Part shown: positions 12,100 to 22,478 of the stretch, piece by piece
How positions within the stretch are numbered: the stretch's first letter is position 1
How the letters are laid out: every line of letters begins with the position of its first letter
Notes under the pieces: generated by a model
The model's input: only the letters and a program-made list of their open reading frames with translations
Told to the model about the DNA's origin: nothing
Database searches by the model: none
Translations under genes and position numbers: made by a program
Source: Azolla caroliniana
Lineage: Eukaryota > Plantae > Polypodiophyta
Assembly: GCA_043228905.1 (NCBI GenBank)
Contig: JBHGNT010000277.1
Coordinates: 1-40,524 of the forward strand
Length of the DNA stretch: 40,524 nt
Direction: 5' to 3'

Positions 12100-12764
12100 A
12101 CGCTTCCTGGATGTGATGTGGATGTGGCGTCAAACCTAGGATGAATGAGGTAGGTCGGATTAGGAAGCTATCATTGCTGAATTACGTACTCGGCCAGGCG
12201 TCATCTAAGACATCCAGCCGTGTGGGGGGGGAGGGGGCATGCGTGCGTCTGCCCCTCCCTCCTAATGTGGATTAGTAGTAGTAGCAGCAACACTAGTTAG
12301 TTGTACTCCTGAAGAGGGCCGAGCCAGCCCTAGGAGGGGGAAGGGGAGGGGATGCCTTATCAGTCAGCCTGCCCTATCAGATAGAACTGAACATACATAT
12401 GTATGTTGTGTGTATTGTGTCTGTCTACAGACTCTCTCTCTCTCTCTCACACACACACAAATATAGAACACATAGAAGGAAGTACACGACAGCTTGAGAA
12501 AGAAGGGGGAGGGGTAATTAAGTAGGCCGTAGTTAGTCAGTCGGTCTGAGAAAGAAAAAGTAAAGGAGAGAGAGAGAGAGAGAGAAAAGAGGGGGCATGA
12601 GAATGCACCACCATTATTCAGAGTTCATTGATTGGCTGCTCTCCGTCCCGGCCTTATGAGCAGAGAGGAGTAGCAGGAATGGATATGGATGTAGCAGAAA
12701 ATTATATACTCGCGCTTGGCTTGCTTTGAATGGAATGCAACGCCAACAAAAAAACAAATGAAGT

Positions 12765-12804
<40 letters not shown>

Positions 12805-12905
12805 ATTCTCTCTCGCAATGTACGCACACAGCTGACAAAGAGTGACAAACGTTAACATGGACAAGAAAGACAAACGTTAGCAGTGACAAGACACTGAGAT
12901 GGAAG

Positions 12906-12954
<49 letters not shown>

Positions 12955-13252
12955 TGTGTGTGAAACGAGAGAATAGAGAGAGAGTGACTCAGTTTCTGTG
13001 TGAGTTTGTAAAAGACGAAGAGGGAGAGAGAGAGAGTCCCTCGCTTCCTTTCGACAACAGTATCCATCAGTACAGATGTGTTCTCTCTCTCTCTCTCTCT
13101 CTCTCGTCTCCCTAAGTTTCTACTTGGAGATGGTTTTTCCTCGTTGAGCAGCAGAGGTCAGGAACCCAAGTTCCAGAGCGTGCCGCATCCACGCTTAAAG
13201 AGAGAGAGAGAGAGAGCAGACGAAAACAAAAAGGTGCCTATTAAAAATGAGT

Positions 13253-13291
<39 letters not shown>

Positions 13292-13660
13292 GATGTGGAT
13301 GAATTCGAAAGAAAGGGGAGGATGGGGCTGTAATGTAATGTACATACATATAAGAAAAGGAATGATGGAAGCAATTAATTAAACGCAATTACTTAAATCG
13401 GAGATCGAAGAGGGTTATGTTCTTTTTTCTTTACTCCTCCACACACACATACATATATATATATATCTTCTGCAGGAAGAAATGGGAGAGAATGAGTGAA
13501 TGACTGGGCGCTCCTACTCCTTAATCAGGAGTCCTGATTAACGAGGAATATAAATGCCTAGGAGAAAGAGCTCGCGCACACACACCCATGCTTGAGGGAA
13601 TGAATGAATGGATGGATGGTGGGAACATGTGCCATTCTCATTCATTGAGGAATGAAAGAG
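12100..13660 (-). promoter_or_regulatory. AP2 5' leader/promoter with multiple (GA)n/(CT)n tracts
   Basis: At least eight GA or CT microsatellites between 12433 and 13287 upstream of the ATG, with no recognisable TE coding sequence. The TSS cannot be placed from sequence alone. Confidence 0.55.
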
Positions 13661-15596
13661 TAGACGAAATCGCTTGCTTTCCGATCACTGCTCTCACGGA
13701 AAACTCTTTTTGGAAGAAGAGAAAAATACTCGTAATAAGGAAATGCTATGAATATAATATAATCTTAAGATGTTCGTGGGGTAAGGTGGGGTAACAGGTT
13801 TGAGAGTCAGTCCGTTTTAAAAGATACCATTGCCACTTGTTTTTGTGTTTTTAAAGACCTTAAAGGACCAATGGCACGCTTTGTTCCTTTTGTGAGGAGT
13901 TCCTTTTTTCCCAATTCTATATCGGAAACTACAATTGATTTAATTATGGCTGATGCTTTGAGTACCGAAACTCGCAATTGTTGTTGGAAAGGCATATGGA
14001 TAAGCATGCAATCTTACTTAGATCATTGGATATATATAATATACCCTACTCCTAAACAAGTGAGCCGAAAACAAAAGCAAGCAAGCCTTGAGAGGGGAGC
14101 ATTGAGCCATTTCTCTCTTGATAGATTTGCCAACTCGACATCATTGGTATACATTTTGGTTACACGAACGGAATAATTGAATGTGCGACATCAAGAAGGC
14201 AATGTCTTGGAAATCAACAACACATTATTAGATACCATGGACATGATATAGTAGCTAGCACTTATTTGATTACTAAGTCTCATGTTAAATATAAAGTAAG
14301 GGAGGCACGCATATCTATGTGTAATGTAAGGGTTGCAATTTCACATGACTTTGTATACATACAAATCATCACGAAGTATGGCCTCAAAACTAAGAGTCAC
14401 TATGGTGTGGAACGAAAAGTATTAAATCTTCTGTACTAATTTCACAACCTTCAAAATGTTGTCATTTCAACCTTTAGGCTATGGTGCTATACAAAACTAG
14501 ATTGAATTTTCAATATTGGTTAACAACTTTAGTGTGTGTATCCTCGTAAAAGGACATTAAGCCCAGCATTTGTCAAAATTATAGATATGTTTGTTTGTTA
14601 GTAGCACAAAGCAAATTGATACAAGCATATAGACATGCTTGCACACACATTCAATATACTTAATATCAATATAACCACAAGAGTCACATGTTTGCATGCA
14701 CCTACGAAAGATTGCCCAGTTATTCCCTTTCTTGACAAGAGTTTCACCTTTAGCCATGTGACCTCATGTGCATATTTTCTTTTATACTATATAGATTTAC
14801 CCAATAGTAAGTTGGTAGCCAATGAGATGCACTAATTCAAAAAGCACCAAAGAAACAAGGACAAATAGGACACCCATAAATGACTCGTGAAAGACATGAA
14901 GACAAACATACATCATACCTTCATAGATCATAACACACACATACAAACGCACGTAGTTTTATGTACAAAAACTTCAAAGACCACCCAATTACTTTAAGGG
15001 TGGAGGAGGGTTTTTCTTTTAAGGTTGGATTGCAGTCTTATTATTATATTACCCAAAACGATAATAGAGATCAAAATCTTTGACAATAGTAACATTTGTT
15101 TTTTTCTTGTCTCCCTTTCCTAGTAATTTGAAGGTTGTCACTCCTTTTCTAAAGGCAATACCGTGGACTCTAGTTTGGGAAGCCTAATTCCAAACTGCTA
15201 CGTTTTTTAACTTCTTTTCCATAATGTGGGTTTTATTTTATGGAGCCATTGTTCTACTTTGAGAAGCCTAATTCCTTATCAAAAACTCCAAATTAATATG
15301 TTTTAGAACATCTTTTCGATAATGTGGGTTTTTTTTCCAAAAAAATATGCTACCCATTACTTAGGAAGAAATATAGAAGGTATCATATTTACAAGGGTCA
15401 AGCCTCATATAGAGCTCCATGGCTTTGATTAAGTCTAAACTAGAGGGATCCTTCCACAATCCATGGACAACGGGGGGATGTCGCATGGGGGGAGTCCTCG
15501 GTGGGAACATTATGTGGGTTTTATTTTATAGAACCATTGTTTGTATCAAAATTCAAAAGTGTAAAGAATCGGGTGTGATTTTGTGCAGCAGAAAAG

Positions 15597-15603
15597 ATGT
15601 GTG

Positions 15604-15658
<55 letters not shown>

Positions 15659-15914
15659 AAACACAAAGCATACAGAAAATGTAAAAATTGTATTAACAAG
15701 AGAGAAAACAACCAACAATACAAAGAAGAGGAGAAGGTGCTTATGTAATCACCTTCTCTCTATGTTCTCTCACTACAACCACCACTTGGGAAAGTGGTGG
15801 AGACTTAACTACCTACTAAATATGTGTCATAGGACTTAACTTCTATGACACTTGGTTATGATACAAGGAGGTGGGATGTTCACGCACTTGGGTATTCCTA
15901 AGGTGTGTTCCCAC
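15597..15914 (-). repeat. Degenerate LTR-like dispersed repeat, related to 21960..22300
   Basis: A (GA)n tract followed by GAAGGTGCTTAT.TA.TCACCTTCTCT in both places. Boundaries approximate. Confidence 0.45.
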
Positions 15915-17526
15915 ATTAGGGAAGTTGAGTTTGATTCACAACACGCCCCTTTAAACGCAACGTCCTGATCGCCGAACAATCGACTTGGGTCTGAACTGGT
16001 CTTCTGGTCGACTTAGGTAGTCGGCTTTGGCTTCGGTTGTGAATGACCAGCTTACTCTGCTCTGTTCGACTCCATGTTGAATGGCAGCTCCGACTATGAA
16101 TGATCGGCATACTCCCCCTCAAGCTTGACTGGTTGGCGGTCGAAAGTTTGAGGTCCGTCGTGAACTATCACAACTTGTCGACTCCCAAAGCCTTCGTGAA
16201 GATATATGTCATCGCATGTTGGTCTTGATGTGTTGTAGGTTGATATCTCCGGCTAGGACATGCTTTTGGATAAAAGTTAGTGCACCTCAATGTGTTTGAT
16301 CCAAGAGTGGAAAATCGGGTTGCGAGCCAAGTGGATACTACTCATATTGTCAAAGTATAGGAGGATTGGATCTTTGATGGAAATGTCCAAATGCTTGAGA
16401 ATCTTCTTAAGTCATATGACTTCACATGCGGTCATGGCCGCGCCCCTTTATTCAGACTTTGTGCTCAACAATGTGACTGTCGGTTGCGTCTTACTGCTTG
16501 TAAAAGATTAGGTGCGGAAGCAATAGAAAACCAAACACACAGAAAATATGCAGGTTTAATGGAGAGCTTGAGTATGCACAGTACGCAGGAGAGACAGAGA
16601 GAGAACACACAAGAAATTCAATTCAAAAAATACTAACTCTATACTTACATCGTGCTCAGTGAGCACCTTCCATACAAGCCCTGACAATAGGCTGACACAA
16701 GTACTGATAGTACTTGACTGCTCATAAATGAGCCTCGACATTTACTCCCAAAACTATTCCTTACGAGGAATATCTCTCTAACGGCCTTTCGGTTTACGCA
16801 CTGATACGGCCTCTCGTTACGCACTGGTTTGCGTATCCGTTTTACGCACCGGTCCGGCCTAACCGATCGGTCCCAACCAATCCGGTTCTCGGTTTGCACA
16901 ACCGATCCGACCAATGTTGAGTTTGTATCTCAACACTCCCCCTCAAGCTCAACTTGAGGTTCCATCCGCTCTTCCGGATCTACGTTCCGGTTCCTCCTAG
17001 CTCCACGCCTTGCTCGCGCACCTCGACCCGTTCGATCGGCTTGTCTGGTCACACGGCCCTTCTTAGCTTCCTTGTTGTTGCGGTGTTGGCGCCTCTTCTA
17101 TTGCCCTCTCTTCCGCTTGACCCTCGGTTGATTCAGTGTATCCGAATCAAACACCCGCCGAACCCACTCGGCTTCCTCCGATTGGTTTCGCTCTCGTTTG
17201 AGTTGATTGTTTCCAACTCGTCTTCAGTTTTCTCGCCCTTGATGGCGTCATCTCGCTCACACTTGGTTGGCTTTGGCTCTTCCTTTCGACTACTCCCCTT
17301 ATGTCCGCTTTCGGACTCTTCCGGGGATCCGCCCTCGGCTTCTTCAGCCGATCCGAAATCGAATTTGTCATCCGACTCAGCGTCGCGGTCTTCTCTCCCC
17401 CTTCCATGGTCATTCGGGACATCTCTCCCCCTCAAGTTCGTCACGTCGAGGTGACGCAACCCAAGCGCACCCGAGAATTGCCGCAACTTGTCTAGACCAA
17501 GAGGTGTCATGAACACATGACCATTA

Positions 17527-17594
17527 TGGCGTCACCCGGACTTGAACCTCGAACCTTGTAATCCATACTTGAAAACCTCAACCATTAAGATAGC
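17527..17594 (-). promoter_or_regulatory. tRNA-like Pol III A/B-box cassette at the LTR tip
   Basis: Minus strand TATCTTAATGG ...33 nt... GGTTCAAGTCC GGGTGACGCCA. Confidence 0.55.
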
Positions 17595-17662
17595 TTATTG
17601 TTATATGAAACAATAAAAGCTACTTCTTGTATTACATTGATTATTGTAAAAACTCTAGATTA

Positions 17663-17726
17663 TTCTAGAATGTTCTAGAATGTCCTAGAGCATTCTAGGT
17701 CTAGAACATTCTAGAACATTCTAGAA
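17663..17726. promoter_or_regulatory. Heat-shock element array in LTR U3
   Basis: TTCtaGAAtgTTCtaGAA and GAAcaTTCtaGAAcaTTCtaGAA are perfect alternating nGAAn units. Confidence 0.7.
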
Positions 17727-18119
17727 ATCTCTAAGCTATTCTATAGGAACCTATAAGTCTTTAGCTCTCATTACATATCTTGTATCCATTCTCTTTCTTT
17801 CTCTATCTTATACATCCATTCTTCTCTTAGTGTTTGGTTCCTTTCTTCTCGTGTTCTCTAATATCCTTCTTCCATCACTGTATCTTTTATCCTTGGTTCT
17901 GACAGTTTGATTCGGTTCACCAAGATGGCACATTTTGTACCATGTGTAAAGGCCATCAATAGTGAAGAAACTACAGATCTCATTATGCGTGAAGTGTTTC
18001 GCCATCATGGTCTCCCGAATGATATTATTAGCGATTGAGGTCCTCAATTTATCTCACACTTTTGGAAGCACCTATGGGCAGGCCTCAAAATCTCTTGCAA
18101 ACTCTCTTCGGCTTATATT

Positions 18120-20224
18120 CCTGCACGGGGAATGCACGGCTGAGTCTCCACTACTCGCTGACTCTCCATCGGACTGGTCGAATTGACTCAGTCATCCATC
18201 CGGTCCGCTTAAGCGAACCGAAGTCGGACTCTCTTCGCGAGTCCCGATTTCGGGCTCATCCGGAGGCATCTCGGGCTCGCTGACCTCATCGTCAGAACTT
18301 GGATTGGAGGTGAGGTCCGGAGTTGGAGGCAAGTACCAGGACACGGACTCGTCAAACACAACGTCGTGGCTCACGCGCGCTTGTTTGGTGCGTGGGTTAT
18401 AACACTTATAACCCTTCTGCTCGTCTGAATAGCCGACCAAGATACTCTTCTCGGATTTCGCGTCTAGCTTCCTTCGTTTCTCCTTTGGCACATGCACATA
18501 TGCAATGCTACCGAAAACTCTCAAGTGTCACAAATTCGGCTTCCTGCCGAAATACTACTCATGCGCCGACACTTTTTCTCCGATCCGATTCTGGATGTAT
18601 ACCGCGGTTCGTACCGCCTCAGCCCAATATAACTTGGGCAAGATCTTTTCTTCTAGCATTGCCCGCACCGCTTTCACAATCGACCGATTCTGCCTCTCGG
18701 CCACGCCGTTTTGCTCCGTCGTGTATCTACAACTGAATTCGCGCCGAATTCCCATCTGTTGCAAATAGCCATTGAAGCCGTTGATAGTTGATGTGGCCCA
18801 CCTGCTTGTGCCATAAGTCGATATCCGACTCAACTTTTTTGTCCTTTCGCGAACATCGCGGTGCCACCGTCACTAGAGTCAAGGATAAACATCCTCCTGT
18901 CTCTGCGCCCTTGCGCAATAACTCAACCTTCTTCCTCAATGAAGCACCTAAGATGCGTGAACCAGACTTGCATCCCCTGGTCGACGATCTGTCCGACCGA
19001 CACTAGATTCTTCGTGATTGTTGGGACGTGTAGCACGTTCATAAGTTTCCCTTTCTGCCCGACATGGCTCAAGGGAACTTCACCAACATTTGCGATCGGA
19101 TGCGGAGTGTCGTCTCCGGTTGTGACTACTCCCGGTTGCATCGGTTTTCCTGGGTATGAGAACCACTCCTTGTGGCACGTCATGTGGTTTGACGCGCCAA
19201 AGTCGACGTACCACACCTCCTCTAACTTCCGGGTGATCTTCTTCATCGAGTTTGCTTCGTATCTCGTCACGAAGACTGACCCTTTTTCGGTTTCTCCTGA
19301 TCCTTCGGCGTAGTGCAATCGTTGCCGATTTCCTTTGTCGGTCTGTCCGAAACCTGATCCGAACCCGATTCTCTCCGAATCGGCGTGCTTTTTCCAGCAC
19401 TCGCTCTCCGTGTGGCCTTTCTTGCCACAGTACCAGCATTCCGCAGCGGATTTCCCTTGCCGGTTCTCGTCGCCTCGACTCCCCCTGTTTCCGGAGGGTC
19501 CGGAGTTGCTGTTGGCATCACTTCAGTGCCTTCTTCCTTGATCCCGTCAGCCGCCTCCATTGCGCACCGACTCGCTTCGTCCGCCATGACCACGAGGCCT
19601 ATCTCCCTCCATGTACAACATCTTACTGTCGGCATGCGTGCTCGTCGATGCACCCGCGTGGTTCTCCTCTATAAGGAGCATCGACTGTAAGTTGAAAAAT
19701 GACGGCGTATTCTCTCGTGTACACACAATAGTTCGGAACGCTCTGAATTTCGACGCCAGTCCCCCAAGACAGTTTTGCACCATCTCGCCTTCCTCGACGT
19801 TCACATCGATAGAGGCTAGAGAATCACATATATCTTTGATCTTCGAGGTGTAATCAGCCACTGACAAGTCGCGTTGTCGTAAATTGCTCAGCTCTTGTCG
19901 GAGTTGAAGCTTCCTGGCTGTGGTGCTTGCGGCGAAGATCTTCTTCAAATTTCCCCAAGCATCCTTTGGTGTTTTCGCATCCCGAATATAGCTCAGGAGC
20001 TGTTCGCCTACACAAGACACGAAGCGGTACAATACTTTGCTCGCCGACTGTTCCCAAGCCGGGAAGTCTTTGTGTGTCGAATCGGGTGCTGTGTCATTTG
20101 CTCCATTGACATAGCTCCAGTAACCGTGTCCGAGCAGGTACTGGTGCATCTTGTAAGACCAAGACGCGTAGTTGTTTCTGTCGAGCTTCTCTGTTGAAAG
20201 CGAGCTAGCCATGCCTCTATCCAT
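18120..20224 (-). pseudogene. Copia gag-protease-partial integrase
   Basis: Gag (KLDRNNYASWSYKM...KLQLRQELSNL), Zn knuckle CWYCGKKGHTESEC, protease WYVDFGASNHM, LWHKQVGHIN, EQNGVAERQNR, and SH3-like RVFGSIAYVHVPKEKRRKLDAKS. Frameshifts present; part of the integrase core and all of RT are missing. Confidence 0.9.
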
Positions 20225-20849
20225 CGGTTTTGCTTGTTCTTCATGGTTGGTTTTTCTTTCAAGCTATGTTGGCTGTAGAGGTTCTCAACCCTCGTGCTCT
20301 GATACCATGTAAAAGCTTATGTGCGGAAGCAATAGAAAACCAAACACACAGAAAATACGCAGGTTTAGTGGAGAGCTTGAGTATGCACAGTACGCGGGAG
20401 AGACAGAGAGAGAACACACAAAAAATTCAATTCAAAAAATACTAACTCTGTACTTACATCGTGCTCAGTGAGCACCTTTTATACAAGCCCTGACAATGGG
20501 CTGACACAAGTACTGACAGTACTTGACTGCTCATAAATGAGCCTCGACATTTACTCCCAAAACTATTCCTTACGAGGAATATATCTCTAACGGCCTTTCG
20601 GTTTACGCACCGATACGGCCTCTCGTTACGCACCGGTCCAGTTCTCGGTTTGCACAGCCGATCCGGCCAATGTTGAGCTTGTATCTCAACACTGCTCCAT
20701 GATACGGCTCCACTATCGAGGGAGAAGACAGATGCTGATGTTGATCGTCTGACAGCTTTGTACTCGGCCCAATCAACATCGGTGTACCCTTCGAGTCGAA
20801 TCCGTGTAGTCAATTTGTTGAGAATGTTGAAATTCATTGTCCATCTTAC

Positions 20850-21573
20850 TGTTAGGAAACAGGTCCCTCCGGATGGGAAGTGAGAAGAACAGTGCTGATG
20901 AGAAACTCGGTCGAGGCCGATAGGCCGAGGACGAAACCGGATGAGGCGTACTCGGCAACGGAAGACCCGGTTAGAACCGGATGAGGAGTACCTGGCTACG
21001 GAAGACCCGGTGAGAACCGGATGAGGCGTACCCGACTACAGAAGACCCGGTGAGAACCGGATGAGGAGTACTCGACAAGAGCCGGATAGTGAAGCCCCGG
21101 TGAGAAGTGCTCACCGGATGAAGGGACATATTCGTAAATATGTTTCCTGAGAGTCTATCGGGGCTATATTTGTAAATAGCCGAAAAGTCGTATTAGTATA
21201 AATATGACTTAGGGCAAACTTAGTGGTTGTTGTTGTCATTCTTGTTGGTGCAAGACTTGAGAGCACGTAACATTATACAGAGAGAGAGAGAGAGAGAGAG
21301 GAAGAGGTCGTTGCCTCTGTTGTAACTGTCGCCTGTGGCGAAGATAGCACGCTCGAGGTCGTTGCCTCGGTGATTTACTATTGTACATTCTGATATAGTG
21401 ATAGTTTGCAGTCTGTGGGCTATTGTGGTTTTTTCCCTAGTTTGGGTTTTCCACGTTAACATCCTGTGTACTCTTCTCTCCTTTGTGTCGTGCATTCAGT
21501 ATCCGTTTTCTGTGTTTGATCCTAGACTCGGTTGTGGCCGAGTGTTGTGCTTACGAATCGGGTATTCCCATCA
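20850..21573 (+). mobile_element. Solo LTR, 724 bp
   Basis: TGTTAGG...CATCA with TSD CTTAC (20845-20849, 21574-21578). Same family as 5098..5705. Confidence 0.93.
20937..21080 (+). repeat. 40-bp tandem repeat x3.5 in the LTR U3 region
   Basis: Unit CCGGATGAGG(C/A)GTAC.......GAAGACCCGGT(G/T)AGAA. Confidence 0.9.
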
Positions 21574-21959
21574 CTTACATACCTTAGTACTCACTTAGCG
21601 CAGTTCGGATGAATGTCACGAGGTGTCTACATAAACTAGCTAAGGAGGCTAACCAAATAACTGAGGTCGGGTTAGGTAATGGTGAGGTAGATAAGGCTTT
21701 CGACGAGCTGACAATAGTGAGTAAGCTCACATGCTTCTATGCTGGAGTTGACATCTAACTTTAGGTTTTGATCGACAAGGGTAGTGATGGGCTTACACTT
21801 TGTCATCCCAAACATGAAGAATAAATTGAATATAGTGTCGTTGGGAGACCATGATGTTGTCTGGGGTTCGAATTACTTCTATTCCTAGAAACTAATGGAG
21901 CTCCTTCATGTCTTTCATTTCTGTAAGGAACCAAGAGTGATTATGTGCAACAGAAGAGA

Positions 21960-21961
21960 TA

Positions 21962-22058
<97 letters not shown>

Positions 22059-22419
22059 GTGAGTGAGTGAGAGAGAGAGCTCGAGTATACGAAAAACAAG
22101 TAAAGACTATATTATCAAAAAGAAGATTACAAGAATGACCAACGTTACTAATAAGGTGGGAAGGTGCTTATATAGTCACCTTCTCTTTATATTCTCTTTC
22201 TACAATCACCTCTTAACTACAGGGAATGGCACATTAGTTACTATAGTAGGTGGAGGGGTGTTCATGAAGCGTAAGTGTATGTGGAAACGTATGAGGATCT
22301 GACTCAGAAAATAACACAAAAAAAAGAAAGAGCAAAGATATACATGGATTGAAGCTTTAATGGAAGCTCTATTACATTCTCTCTGTCTCTCTCTGTCTTT
22401 GTCTTTGTCTTTGTCTTTG

Positions 22420-22476
<57 letters not shown>
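21960..22476. repeat. (GT)n(GA)n and (CT)n microsatellites flanking a degenerate LTR-like segment
   Basis: Directly visible tracts at ~21962-22078 and ~22378-22476. The internal motif is shared with 15597..15914. Confidence 0.7.

Positions 22477-22478
<2 letters not shown>

Larger units (their letters stand above)
17505..18118 (+). mobile_element. Truncated chromovirus: LTR (17505-17904) fused to an integrase-core fragment
   Basis: TGTCATG...CTGACA followed by GTTTGA, as at 34290. Then RFTKMAHFVPCVKAINSEETTDLIMREVFRHHGLPNDIISD*GPQF, homologous to the integrase at ~38070-38280. Confidence 0.85.
16499..20691 (-). mobile_element. Internally deleted Ty1/copia element with both LTRs
   Basis: 5' LTR 20691-20308 and 3' LTR 16935-16499 (TG..CA). 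TSD CTGCT at 16494-16498 and 20692-20696. PBS TGGTATCAGAGC (tRNA-iMet) at 20307-20296. PPT GAGGGGGAG at 16944-16936. Confidence 0.95.
15940..21613 (-). mobile_element. Outer Ty1/copia remnant (RT end, RNase H, PPT, partial 3' LTR), interrupted by two insertions
   Basis: Pieces 21613-21574, 20849-20692 and 16498-16120 join across the TSDs to give VLRYVRWTMNFNIL...LEGYTDVDWA...VSWSSKTQPTV...NPIFHSWIKHIEVH. PPT GAGGGGGAG at 16120-16112. LTR remnant below 16111, with an approximate end. Confidence 0.85.

Noticed and set aside
12762-12850. miR156/529-like hairpin or target (GTGCTCTCTCTC...TGACAAAGAG)
   Set aside because: The similarity is explained by the CT microsatellite; no full mature sequence or TTCTGTCA end is present.
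12614-15748. Short ORFs with ERERER/LSLSLS tracts
   Set aside because: Translations of GA/CT microsatellites.
17142-17152. CCGAATCAAAC complementary to the sequence after the 17505 LTR
   Set aside because: It lies in the host copia outside the LTR, and the partner sequence is partly integrase-derived. Most likely a chance match.
20937-21080. CRISPR-like array
   Set aside because: Head-to-tail 40-bp repeats with no unique spacers, inside a plant LTR.
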